A stretch of DNA of 63,966 bases, filler included, from an uncultured bacterium (GCA_964543115.1; 3 parts of 3 records of this genome joined end to end with filler, not necessarily neighbours in it); one strand, 5' to 3'. Shown: positions 9,501 to 18,040, numbered from the whole stretch's first letter. Translations and numbers: made by a program. Notes: generated by a model not told the origin, from the sequence alone.

Positions 9501-9940
9501 TGGAAAAAATGTCCTGGCCGGAAAAGGGCACGAAATGGACAAATGATCTCACTAGAACGGCCCGGCTGATCTCTACCAGCGGACGCGTGCCCGACGGGTC
9601 AATCACCGGCGGCATGGACTATGTTTCCGGCCCCGGCGGTGAAACCGCCAAAATAAAACCCGGCACCTCTCGGCTTAAATCAACATGCAAGGCCACTGGC
9701 TTTGAAACAGTCACGGTAAAAGCCGGCACATTTGAAGACTGCGCCCGCATCGAAATCTCTCATCCCGTTATTAAAAAAGAAGGAGTAACAGTGCGCTCGG
9801 GTATCACCCAATGGTATGCCGAGGGCATCGGGCTGGTCAAAGAAACCATGAAAACAACCATGTCTACACCCGACGGCGGCAAATATCGTTTAAGTTACAT
9901 TAAGCAATTGACTTCATATCAGTTACCTGAAGAAAAATAA
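6554..9940 (+). CDS. Secreted multidomain protein: ConA/DUF1080-like domain, ZU5-like, C39-like cysteine peptidase, Ig/FN3-like, C-terminal DUF3108-like
   Basis: Signal peptide ending PCQA; LAVPYYAQGEYGWCWAAS (Cys at 7808); HAVVVVGYD (His at 8066); HDP; ZU5-like GTILVFPERAL...; FN3-like LKISWSPN; ETVTVKAGTFEDC...WYAEGIGLVK. Start set to the ATG after AGGAG. Confidence 0.7.
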   Translation: MLNNTLTLLGWQKKSFCSVLSLLIMTIILFSIATPCQALKIDPRSSTKIEKGAAIKSSTFAKDEDGWYKKDKRAYQQKGAYQINNIGQKKYRIWRGFDTEQIVAEVDVKTVLDKNEGYGFGFIFRQQGKSQARYCFWISSTGSFVIYRVSKEGKYKKLVPWKKDPVIKKGQGAVNHLELRLWNKRLDFYINGKKVASVKDSTYPSGSLGFQVNKNQHIAFDNFKLSKSRLKKITAASTAPRLNVNLAELAVPLDSVYEEKKQVVANIQSRVQAPDGTILVFPERALSNNAQVTLQKLQPPSSEDREPVVVYDIDISGGTLQEAITINLPLSSNKGVNSADDVLVLHLNEQKMIWEQLKVTLAPDLRSVSFRTDKLSKFALKEPGWFLPWRNYYEEAIKDRRTAGPLAVPYYAQGEYGWCWAASLSMIDGFEGAMTKIWEVAAYFQVADNDAASSPGKMQKFLQARHPTYSTDTKSFWSSKALNGYLMYHLDRNHPIWIGLPYAAHAVVVVGYDIDHIYVHDPSGALIKRTGGEDPRTVAQQGRLGAYRIPLDRWNMVTTGNWMKGAWDETADVPGAQQTFSGIVWPVGCLVITSPPSAGKTQSLQLMSWESFDLERHYVSSDGRVAINSIDFYWNGKNKWGCSWKEGGEGGKKTLICNSDQIRSLTPFLSNTLTGTQSMKVEVLLDKTKFAEEETDLPGKIVQQARKLSSFSQNMNFASRPLSIGQHLFEFRLRKGDQLVDQAKIFFNMAPALVRDVRVLQTDTKTLKISWSPNPEEANFGTPLTYRIMRSRGRNLNTLQTIGQVGPGKYEFKYTIPKKDRKKNFNYTVWAIEPKTKLESPSAVFNRPEKDKGAGYLPLLYGTRLEYSYDLSQIKKMIMQTDDGTIRKFSMQNSEVWEVTGGEELTITSTNKVNAVLADEKGNTVNMNTSETTSTIQSFTKSDDTVTFGDSTVRRQTKGNYGNQSANVRIEMSVRVNPALIVMEKMSWPEKGTKWTNDLTRTARLISTSGRVPDGSITGGMDYVSGPGGETAKIKPGTSRLKSTCKATGFETVTVKAGTFEDCARIEISHPVIKKEGVTVRSGITQWYAEGIGLVKETMKTTMSTPDGGKYRLSYIKQLTSYQLPEEK

Positions 9941-9955
9941 AACAGGGAGTGAAAA

Positions 9956-10351
9956 ATGAGCAAAATGCCTCATCTTTTTTTCATTACACTTTTTTTGTGT
10001 TTTGCCGCCGCCAGCGCCTATGCCCTCATGCCGCCGCATATAACAGAAACAGTTCCCGAAGACAGCGGGATCTTAGCTGGAGACACGGTCATTTTTTACG
10101 GCTATACCTTATCAGGAATGGATTTAAGCGAAATTAAAGTTACTGACCTGACCGCCCAGGAAAGTGTACCGGTAAAGACACATCTGTCTTATGAGTGGGA
10201 AGGGAAAGGCAACCAACCCGGCGCCCAACAGCAATTCTGCACCCTGAAAATAACTTTGGAAAAGATTACTCCGGGACATCAATATGAGGTTTCAGTTTTA
10301 GAGACCAAGATCACATTTACCGCAATGATTTTGCCCCAAACAGAAGAATGA
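9956..10351 (+). CDS. Small secreted Ig-fold hypothetical protein
   Basis: Signal peptide ending ASAYA; beta-rich mature part (PHITETVPED...); RBS AGGGAG. Confidence 0.55.
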   Translation: MSKMPHLFFITLFLCFAAASAYALMPPHITETVPEDSGILAGDTVIFYGYTLSGMDLSEIKVTDLTAQESVPVKTHLSYEWEGKGNQPGAQQQFCTLKITLEKITPGHQYEVSVLETKITFTAMILPQTEE

Positions 10352-10355
10352 TTTT

Positions 10356-11663
10356 TTATATCTTTCTTAGCGGTGTCATCCCCGCCGGAATATCCAGGCC
10401 TTCCGGAATATTATAGTAATTCCCCTGCGCGTCTTTGGCTGCCTTCTGACCATAAGGAGTCTCTTGCCGATCCCCGGTGGCCGGATCTTCCCAGACATCC
10501 ACACTGCGGATATAGGAATCCCATTGATCGGCCGCCTTCTGACCCACCTTGGTGCGAAAATCAACCACATCAATAGTGGTTTTCTTTACCAGTTTGCGCC
10601 AGCTAGGTGTTTCCCAAAGGGAGGCCAGCACCGCTTGCGCCAAGGCAGATTGTTTATCAAATTCAGCTACCGGCGCCCAGATCCCGGTAAAATCACAATG
10701 GCCGTAGGCCGGAGCACCCGGTACAAGCCCGGGAACGATCCGGAACCAGATTTCTACCCGGATCCTGATCGGTACACCATTTTTTGTGCCCAAATAATCA
10801 ACCAGTGCCCGTTCGCCAACAACATTATGCACCTGCGCCAATAACCGCATAAACTGTGTATACTGTGCGCCGGCCCGCACTAACGGGGTAATCTTTTCCA
10901 CCTGCAGATCAGGAACTTTTTTCCGCAGGCTTTCCAGAGCCAGTCCATAGGCAATTCCCTGCAGATTTGCTGCCGGCAGTACACCATCTACCGGTGGAGA
11001 AGAAAAACAACCGCTAAGACCGTCTGGGCTCTGCACTTCGAACACATAGGCCGCCGGAACATTATAGCCGCTTTGGATATTGCCCTGATAAGTCCAGCCG
11101 TATGGCAGGGTTAAAATAAAGGCATCCATGCTGGGTTCATGAAAGAACCGGGAAATAACCGTTTGTTTTATTAAGCGGCAGGAATTAACCGCAGTATCTA
11201 TTTCATTAGTGAATTGATCCGCCACTTTTGCCAGTACCAGCACCCCCACCACATAGGTCTTTCCCTGCTGCTGCCGGAAGATCCATTGTCCAAGCACTGG
11301 ACCCAATATCCCGCCGTCAAAAGTAGCGCTTAATTTATATTCATTGGCATTGCCTGTGGGCCGCAGCTGGGTTTCCCCCACCGCTATCGGACGCAGGTAA
11401 AGCGCCATAAACTTGGCCGCTTCCAAGGGAGATACGGAGGCATGCGTAAAAGTAATATAAGGAGAGGCGGGAGAGGGATAAAGCGGATAATTTATTCCAA
11501 TAACCGTATCTCGAATAACCCCGGTACCCATGCTCCAGTCCGCGGGCACCGTAATCGCAAAGCCTAACAAGGGATTGGTCAATTCTACATAACCAGAAGC
11601 AAAAACCGACACAGGCAACAAAAACAATAAAAGGATAAAAAGTAAGATTAGTTTTTTATTCAT
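10356..11663 (-). CDS. Secreted hypothetical protein with two PsbP/DcrB-like segments
   Basis: Signal peptide ending SVFA; repeated openings GFAITVPADW and AFILTLPYGW; RBS GGGGGAG. Confidence 0.6.
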   Translation of the reverse strand: MNKKLILLFILLLFLLPVSVFASGYVELTNPLLGFAITVPADWSMGTGVIRDTVIGINYPLYPSPASPYITFTHASVSPLEAAKFMALYLRPIAVGETQLRPTGNANEYKLSATFDGGILGPVLGQWIFRQQQGKTYVVGVLVLAKVADQFTNEIDTAVNSCRLIKQTVISRFFHEPSMDAFILTLPYGWTYQGNIQSGYNVPAAYVFEVQSPDGLSGCFSSPPVDGVLPAANLQGIAYGLALESLRKKVPDLQVEKITPLVRAGAQYTQFMRLLAQVHNVVGERALVDYLGTKNGVPIRIRVEIWFRIVPGLVPGAPAYGHCDFTGIWAPVAEFDKQSALAQAVLASLWETPSWRKLVKKTTIDVVDFRTKVGQKAADQWDSYIRSVDVWEDPATGDRQETPYGQKAAKDAQGNYYNIPEGLDIPAGMTPLRKI

Positions 11664-11677
11664 ATCTCCCCCTATCT

Positions 11678-11748
11678 AACCACAGAGTACACAGAGATAC
11701 ACGGAGAATTAATACTTTTTCTCTGTGATCTCCGTGTGCTCCGTGGTT
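11678..11748. repeat. REP-like inverted element (CACAGAG)n ... (CTCTGTG)n
   Basis: aaccacagagtacacagagatacacggaga ... ctctgtgatctccgtgtgctccgtggtt: three degenerate units per arm, intergenic. Confidence 0.75.
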
Positions 11749-11757
11749 AAAAATGTT

Positions 11758-12576
11758 TTAACTTTGTCCTTCCGTTTGTTGTTGGCGGGAAAAAACCACG
11801 TTTCCGCCCCATTCCGGCATATTAATCACCAGTTGATTACCGCCACTCTGCAATTGAAACCCATAAGAGAAATTCTGACCAAGCTGATTACTGCCGGAAA
11901 TCATATTACCGACAACTGAAACCATGCCGGAATTAGTTGTTTCCTGTATACCCATAACTGTATTGGCAACGGTATAGCTGGAATACTGTCCGTTGGGCCA
12001 ATACTGCAATTGAAACCTGGCCACCGTATTGCCATACATATCACGTACCTCCGCCTGCCAAAAGCCTACTAACTCCTGTGGAATTTTTGCCGGCGGTGAA
12101 AAAGCTTCTTCCGGCAAGGGTTTTTGCTGTGGTTCCACAATCGGTTTGGTGGGAATCATTGCTCCTGATTGTGAATCAGTTTTTGGTGAAGCATGCGTAG
12201 TAGCATCAGGGGTTGGTTCCGGAGTTTGTTGAGGTGTATCTGTTGGACAGGCCGGGGCAGCTGTACTGGCAACATTATAGGGTTTGGCTGGCGCGCTTGT
12301 GGGTGGTTTAGTAATGGTACTATCGTCTATTTCTCCCTTCATTACACTAATTACTTTATCACTAATATTCTTACCTTTCAGATTTTTTATTTCCGCCTCT
12401 GTTAATTCATATTTCTCACCCGTCTTCTTTATTTCCACAATTAATTCTTCATCGGTAAAACCCAATCCTTTTAATTCAATAATATCTTTTACCGTTAATT
12501 TCTCCGCGGCAAACGAAACACCGCCCGCTAATAGCAAAACAAAAACCACTAAAAACACTTTGCTGAAATTTTTCAT
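11758..12576 (-). CDS. Secreted hypothetical protein: helical N-domain, Pro/Thr-rich linker, small C-terminal beta domain
   Basis: ATG at 12576 follows AAGGAGGT; signal peptide ending GVSFA; LTVKDIIELKGLGF... helical motif; TKPPTSAPAKP...PTPDATT linker; LVGFWQAE start of a lipocalin-like fold. Confidence 0.65.
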   Translation of the reverse strand: MKNFSKVFLVVFVLLLAGGVSFAAEKLTVKDIIELKGLGFTDEELIVEIKKTGEKYELTEAEIKNLKGKNISDKVISVMKGEIDDSTITKPPTSAPAKPYNVASTAAPACPTDTPQQTPEPTPDATTHASPKTDSQSGAMIPTKPIVEPQQKPLPEEAFSPPAKIPQELVGFWQAEVRDMYGNTVARFQLQYWPNGQYSSYTVANTVMGIQETTNSGMVSVVGNMISGSNQLGQNFSYGFQLQSGGNQLVINMPEWGGNVVFSRQQQTEGQS

Positions 12577-12606
12577 CGTTACCTCCTTGTTTGTGTCACA
12601 AGCCCT

Positions 12607-12627
12607 ATTATAGCACAAATCAGGCCA
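12607..12627 (-). promoter_or_regulatory. Promoter for the leftward gene: extended -10 (TG-C-TATAAT) overlapping a sigma-54-like TGGCCTGATTTGTGCT
   Basis: Minus strand reads tggcctgatttgtgctataat; GG-N10-GC at 12627-12612 and TATAAT at 12612-12607. Confidence 0.4.
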
Positions 12628-12668
12628 ACCCAGAATGAAGATCAACTGTAGCTGACCAGAGAGATAAA

Positions 12669-12708
12669 TGTTAAATTTCTTTACATTGTGCCGTAAATAT
12701 TTATTACT
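12669..12708. promoter_or_regulatory. Candidate upstream activator sequences TGT-N11-ACA plus a weaker copy
   Basis: tgttaaatttctttaca 12669-12685 and cgtaaatatttattact 12692-12708, about 90-125 bp upstream of a sigma-54 promoter. Confidence 0.45.
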
Positions 12709-12794
12709 GTGTGTGCCGCCTCATATTAATGATTATCTGCTTATGTCATTGCACATTAATTATTTATGCTAATGATTTTACCTGCCTGCCAACC

Positions 12795-12810
12795 TGGCAT
12801 AGTTTCTGCA
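12795..12810 (+). promoter_or_regulatory. Sigma-54 (-24/-12) promoter TGGCATAGTTTCTGCA
   Basis: GG and GC are separated by exactly 10 bp; the site ends 36 bp before the ATG at 12847, which has an AAGGAG RBS. Confidence 0.6.
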
Positions 12811-12846
12811 CTACTATCAGCTGAAGATAAACAAAAGGAGGCAAAA

Positions 12847-15800
12847 ATGAAAAGGAATTTAATTGTTGGAGCGATCAGGATTGCTTGCGTAATCGGGGTA
12901 TTTTTCTTATTACACAGCGCTAACCTACAGGCAAAAGAACAATATGTCCCGGGAGAAATCCTAATTAAGCTTAAGGGAAGCACTAATAAAACCCAGGCCT
13001 ATTCATGTCATCAATTACGGAACAAAATACAGGCCCGCAAACTGCACCGCTTTCCTATTAATAATGTATACCAGCTGCAACTGCTCAGCAATCAAGACGT
13101 AGAGCAGACAATCGCTGAATTAGAGCAGGATCCCCGGGTAGAATACGCGGAACCAAATTACATTGTCCGGGCCACTAAAACCCCTAATGATCCCATGTAT
13201 GATCAACTTTGGGGATTAAAAAAGATCCAGGCAGAACAGGCCTGGGATGTGACCACCGGCAGCGAGAGTGTGGTTGTTGCGGTAATTGATAGTGGTGTTA
13301 ATTACAACCACCCGGACCTGAACGCCAATATCTGGGTCAACTCCAATGAGATCCCCAATAATGGAATAGATGATGATAATAATGGCTATGTAGATGATAT
13401 TCACGGCTGGGATTTTCATAATGATGATAACGATCCCCTGGATGACAATTCCCACGGCAGTCATTGTTCCGGCACCATCGCTGCCGCGGCCAATAACGGT
13501 AAGGGAGTGGCGGGAATTTCCTGGCAGACCAAAATAATGTGTTTAAAGTTTCTCGATGAACAAGGCTATGGTTCTCTTGCTAATGCAATTGAAGCGATCC
13601 AATACGCCAGTAATAATGGCGCCAAAATTTTGAGCAACAGCTGGGGCGGCCCCGGCAACTCGCAGGCGATTAAAGACGCGGTCTCCGCCTCTTATCAAGC
13701 AGGAACAATCTTTGTCGCCGCTGCCGGTAATGAAGGTACTAATAATGATAGTAATCCTTTTTATCCGGCCAGCTATGATGTGCCTAATATCATTTCCGTT
13801 GCCGCCAGTGACGAAAATGACTACCTGGCCTCTTTTTCCTGCTACGGAAAAACCACAGTGGACCTGGCGGCGCCGGGAGTTAACATTTTAAGCACTGTCC
13901 TTGATAATAACTACGATTCCTATCAAGGCACTTCCATGGCCGCACCACATGTTTCCGGGGCCTGTGCTCTGGTTTGGGCCGCCCATCCGGACTGGACTAA
14001 TCTGCAGGTTAAAGAAAGCATTCTCAACTCCGTTGATAAAGACGCCTTATTGGATCAATATCTGGCAACCGGCGGCAGACTAAATGTTTTTAAGGCAATC
14101 AATGAAGACTCACCCAATCCGCCGGATCCCACTGATCCGCCAGAACCGCCGGATCCCACTGATCCACCCACCGGTTCGGTAATATTCTATGACGATATGG
14201 AAAGCGGCGCCCAAGGCTGGACAGTAGTTGGTGATAACGGTTATGGCGGTCTGCCTCTTTGGCACTTATCACAACGCCGCTCGGCCAGTCCGAATACCGC
14301 CGCTTACTACGGGCTGGAATCTACCGGCAATTATCAGACCGGCTGGATCAATTGGGGAGCAGCCATCACTCCCGCTATTTCCCTCAAGCAGGTGCAGGGC
14401 AATAACTGTACCCTCTCCTTTAAACACTGGCGGCAGGTAGAAAAATCTAATGAACCATATGATATAACCGCCGTTTTTATTTCTGCTGACCGAGGAAACA
14501 GCTGGACCGAGCTCTGGTACAGAGACGCTACCAGTCCTTTTTATGATCTTTGGAAAGATGTATCTATTTCCCTCAATCATTATATCGGAGAGGAAATATA
14601 CATTGCCTTCTATTTTGACACGGTAGGTTACTGCAGCAACTTTCTCGAAGGCTGGTATATTGATGACGTCAAAGTAGTAGCGGAGGGAAGTAACCCAAAA
14701 ACACCGCCGGCCATTGAAATTGATCCAGGCAAATTACCGGCAGTAACACTGAAAAATAATGAAACAGCAAAACAAACGTTAACAATTAGAAATTCCGGCG
14801 AACAGTCACTTTCATACCAGATAAACCAGAATAAGATTACGGCAACAGAACTTAACGCCTGGAGCGACTTTGTCAGTGCTTTCGGCAGCGAATGGCGGAT
14901 CAACTGGAATCCGCAAACCGGTACTGCCCACCGTGTTTACGGCAGTGAAATGGCAGTTGCCGGCCTTAACCTGGATAATCTGGACAATGAGCGGCTGGAA
15001 CAGGCATCGCGGGAATTTATCGAGGATCATTATACCTTATTGAAGGCGGAGAACAAAGATCTGCGGCTCCAGCGCGCGCAGAGGCACGGTAAACAGTATT
15101 ACGTTACCTTTAAACAAACCTACGAGGGTATTTCGGTTTACGGAGCAGAGGTGCAGCTGCGCTACAGCGCCAAAACCGGTCAGCTGATTCTGTTTGGCTC
15201 GGACACCTATGAAAATATTAATGTTGATCCGGAACCAACAATCAGTGTGCGAGAGGCTAAAGAAATAGCCAGCCAAAATATTGCTAAATATGAAATCAGA
15301 GAAACAGAACTCGTTGTTTATCCGCGCGGGGAAAAGCCGCTTTTGGCCTGGCAAATCACCATATTCACGGAAAACCCGGCACATTTATGGATCTATTTCA
15401 TTGACGCGCACAACGGCCGGGTAATCGATAAATACGACGCCCTCTTCAATCTGGATATCAGTGGGACGGTTAAGGGCGATGTGCTGGCCTCATATCCAGA
15501 TACCAGCCCTCTGGCTGGGATCTTCAGCAATGAAGAAGTAACTATCAATAACGCCGGTTCCGCGAAAAGCGACACCCAGGGATATTACCAGATAGCTGTT
15601 TCCGGAAACGGCAGCTACCAGATCAGCTCCCAACTCAGCGGCTCCTATACCGCTATTGATAACATGAGCGGTTCCAATGCCGGTTATAGCGGCAGCGCCG
15701 CGGGCGGAACGCAGCACAATATCAACTGGAACAATAATAATTCTGATTTAACGGAGCGCACGGTTTATTACCACATCAATGTCGCCAACACTAAAATAAA

Positions 15801-17991
15801 GGAGATTGACCCTGATTATACCGGCATGGATTATTGCGCGCCAACCAAGGTTAATTATCCTAATCTATCCAACGCCTATTTTGACTGGAAAGGATTCTGT
15901 TTTGGCGATGGTCAGGGCAGTGTGAAGGTCTATAATCTCGGGCAGGTTGCCGATATCATCTATCATGAATACGGCCATGGCATCATGCACTGGCAGTATA
16001 ACCAGAAATTTGCCGACACGGTGGAATTCAAATCATTACACGAAGGACTGGCCGATTACTTCGCCTGCACCATTAACGGTGATCCCCTGGTCGGAGAAAC
16101 AGCAGCCGGTCCCGGACAATTGACCAGAAACATTGACCTGCCCGATGCCACCCCGGAAAACACCCAGGACGAATGTCACGACCGCGGCCGGGTAGTGGGC
16201 GGCGCTTTATGGGACCTGCGCAAGGAACTGGGCAAGGAAAAAACCGATCACCTGTTCCACTATGCCCGTTACGGCCAGCCAATGACCTTTGATGATTACT
16301 ATATTGAGGTTCTGTTGGCAGATGATACTGACGGCAATATCAGTAACGGCACACCGCATGGCCAGGAAATCTACGCCGCCTTCAGCCTGCACAACATTGC
16401 TTCCGTAAAACCGGGAGATCCCGGCGAAGAGAATCCGGCAGAGTGGCTTTCATTCGAACCGGTTTCCGGAACCATTGCCGGCGGTCAACAACGAGAAGTA
16501 ACTATTACCTATAGCTCCCAGGGAGTGACAATAGGAAAGTATGAAGCGCTAATAAAAATAACCAGCAACGATCCGGATACCAGCTTAATCGAACTTAGCG
16601 CCAAAATGACAGTTCAGAAAAAGGCACCGGAGCCGGAGCCAGAACCCGAGCCTGAGCCGGAGCCAGAGCCGGAGCCGGAGCCGGAACCAGAACCTGAGCC
16701 TGAGCCTGAACCAGAACCAAGCCAGGAAACAGTTTGGTACCTGGCGGAAGGCGCCACCTCCAGCACCTTTGATGAATGGGTATCAGTGATGAATCCCAAC
16801 AATCAGGATGCCGCGGTTACCATTACCTTCATGCTGGAAAGCGGCCAAACCATTGAGCGGCAGATCACCGTCAGCGCCACCAGCCGTTACACCATCCATG
16901 TAAACGAAGTTGTGGCAAATGCCTCTGTCGCCACGAAGGTAACTTCAACTAATGGTGTGGGCATTATCGCTGAGCGTTCCATGTACTGGCACGTGGGCAA
17001 CCAATTCTGGGGCGGCGGCCACAACAGTATCGGCGTAACCAAAACCTCCACCAGCTGGTATCTGGCTGAAGGGGCCACCTCCGATATCTTTGACGAATGG
17101 GTATTGATAATGAACCCTTATGAGGTTACCGCCGAAGTAGTGGTAACATTTATGAAAGAAGACGGTAAGACAGTACAGAAAAAAATCGACGTAGCCCCAA
17201 CCAGCAGACACACGATTCATGTAAATAAGATTCTTCCCAATGCCTCTGTCGCCACTAAAGTAGAATCTATTAATGGCGTGGGCATTATTGCCGAGCGTTC
17301 CATGTACTGGAGCATCGGCGACCAAATCTGGCTAGACGGCCATAATACCTGCGGCGTTACGGAAACCGCCACTAACTGGTACCTGGCCGAAGGCTGCACC
17401 GGTGACTTTGAAGAATGGGTACTGCTGATGAACCCTAATCCACAAGCGGCAAATGTGCTGGTCACCTTCATGCTGGAAGACGGCACAGCCGAAGAAAGAC
17501 AGATCAAGGTTAAGGCAACCAGCAGATATTCAATCAGGGTAAACGATATTCTGCCGGAGGCCGCTGTTAGCACCAAAATAGAATCCTTAAATGGGATCGG
17601 AATAATTGCCGAACGCTCTATGTATTGGGCGGACCTGACCGGCGGCCATAATACCTGCGGCACAAGCACCGCTGCCACTACCTGGTACCTGGCCGAAGGA
17701 TGTACCGCTGGGTTTGACCAATGGGTACTGATAATGAACCCTTTCAACCAGGATGCCGATGTCCTGGTTACCTTTATGCTGGAAGACGGCTCTACAGTAG
17801 AGGACATAATCACCGTCAGCGCCACCAGCCGTTACACCATTTATGTAAACGGAGTTATTCCTTATCAACCAGTATCCACCAAACTGCAATCAGTTAACGG
17901 CGTGGGCGTCATTGCCGAACGCACCATGTACTGGGATACCGGTTATCAGCACTGGGCCGGCGGCCACAACACCATCGGCGTCCAGAAATAA
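12847..17991 (+). CDS. Secreted dual protease: S8 subtilase + MAM/adhesin-like domain + M4/M36 thermolysin-like module (FTP, PepSY, catalytic) + (PE)15 linker + 4 DUF5719-type repeats
   Basis: Signal peptide; S8 triad VIDSG (13288), HGSHCSG (13453), GTSMAAPH (13933); HEYGH (15964), HEGLADY (Glu at 16042), ECHDRG (His at 16177); four WYLAEG repeats from 16735. Start set to 12847 by RBS and promoter. Confidence 0.9.
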   Translation: MKRNLIVGAIRIACVIGVFFLLHSANLQAKEQYVPGEILIKLKGSTNKTQAYSCHQLRNKIQARKLHRFPINNVYQLQLLSNQDVEQTIAELEQDPRVEYAEPNYIVRATKTPNDPMYDQLWGLKKIQAEQAWDVTTGSESVVVAVIDSGVNYNHPDLNANIWVNSNEIPNNGIDDDNNGYVDDIHGWDFHNDDNDPLDDNSHGSHCSGTIAAAANNGKGVAGISWQTKIMCLKFLDEQGYGSLANAIEAIQYASNNGAKILSNSWGGPGNSQAIKDAVSASYQAGTIFVAAAGNEGTNNDSNPFYPASYDVPNIISVAASDENDYLASFSCYGKTTVDLAAPGVNILSTVLDNNYDSYQGTSMAAPHVSGACALVWAAHPDWTNLQVKESILNSVDKDALLDQYLATGGRLNVFKAINEDSPNPPDPTDPPEPPDPTDPPTGSVIFYDDMESGAQGWTVVGDNGYGGLPLWHLSQRRSASPNTAAYYGLESTGNYQTGWINWGAAITPAISLKQVQGNNCTLSFKHWRQVEKSNEPYDITAVFISADRGNSWTELWYRDATSPFYDLWKDVSISLNHYIGEEIYIAFYFDTVGYCSNFLEGWYIDDVKVVAEGSNPKTPPAIEIDPGKLPAVTLKNNETAKQTLTIRNSGEQSLSYQINQNKITATELNAWSDFVSAFGSEWRINWNPQTGTAHRVYGSEMAVAGLNLDNLDNERLEQASREFIEDHYTLLKAENKDLRLQRAQRHGKQYYVTFKQTYEGISVYGAEVQLRYSAKTGQLILFGSDTYENINVDPEPTISVREAKEIASQNIAKYEIRETELVVYPRGEKPLLAWQITIFTENPAHLWIYFIDAHNGRVIDKYDALFNLDISGTVKGDVLASYPDTSPLAGIFSNEEVTINNAGSAKSDTQGYYQIAVSGNGSYQISSQLSGSYTAIDNMSGSNAGYSGSAAGGTQHNINWNNNNSDLTERTVYYHINVANTKIKEIDPDYTGMDYCAPTKVNYPNLSNAYFDWKGFCFGDGQGSVKVYNLGQVADIIYHEYGHGIMHWQYNQKFADTVEFKSLHEGLADYFACTINGDPLVGETAAGPGQLTRNIDLPDATPENTQDECHDRGRVVGGALWDLRKELGKEKTDHLFHYARYGQPMTFDDYYIEVLLADDTDGNISNGTPHGQEIYAAFSLHNIASVKPGDPGEENPAEWLSFEPVSGTIAGGQQREVTITYSSQGVTIGKYEALIKITSNDPDTSLIELSAKMTVQKKAPEPEPEPEPEPEPEPEPEPEPEPEPEPEPEPSQETVWYLAEGATSSTFDEWVSVMNPNNQDAAVTITFMLESGQTIERQITVSATSRYTIHVNEVVANASVATKVTSTNGVGIIAERSMYWHVGNQFWGGGHNSIGVTKTSTSWYLAEGATSDIFDEWVLIMNPYEVTAEVVVTFMKEDGKTVQKKIDVAPTSRHTIHVNKILPNASVATKVESINGVGIIAERSMYWSIGDQIWLDGHNTCGVTETATNWYLAEGCTGDFEEWVLLMNPNPQAANVLVTFMLEDGTAEERQIKVKATSRYSIRVNDILPEAAVSTKIESLNGIGIIAERSMYWADLTGGHNTCGTSTAATTWYLAEGCTAGFDQWVLIMNPFNQDADVLVTFMLEDGSTVEDIITVSATSRYTIYVNGVIPYQPVSTKLQSVNGVGVIAERTMYWDTGYQHWAGGHNTIGVQK
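16627..16719 (+). repeat. (Pro-Glu)15-Pro coding repeat
   Basis: 31 codons alternating CCN and GAR with mixed synonymous codons. Confidence 0.95.
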
Positions 17992-17993
17992 TA

Positions 17994-18040
17994 CATGTAG
18001 GAGGTCAGACCTCCTACATGAAAAGGAGGTCTGACCTCCT
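17994..18040. repeat. Double REP-like hairpin (GTAG-type) containing AGGAGGT/ACCTCCT
   Basis: catgtaggaggt-cag-acctcctacatg (12-bp perfect arms) followed by aggaggt-ctg-acctcct. Confidence 0.8.
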
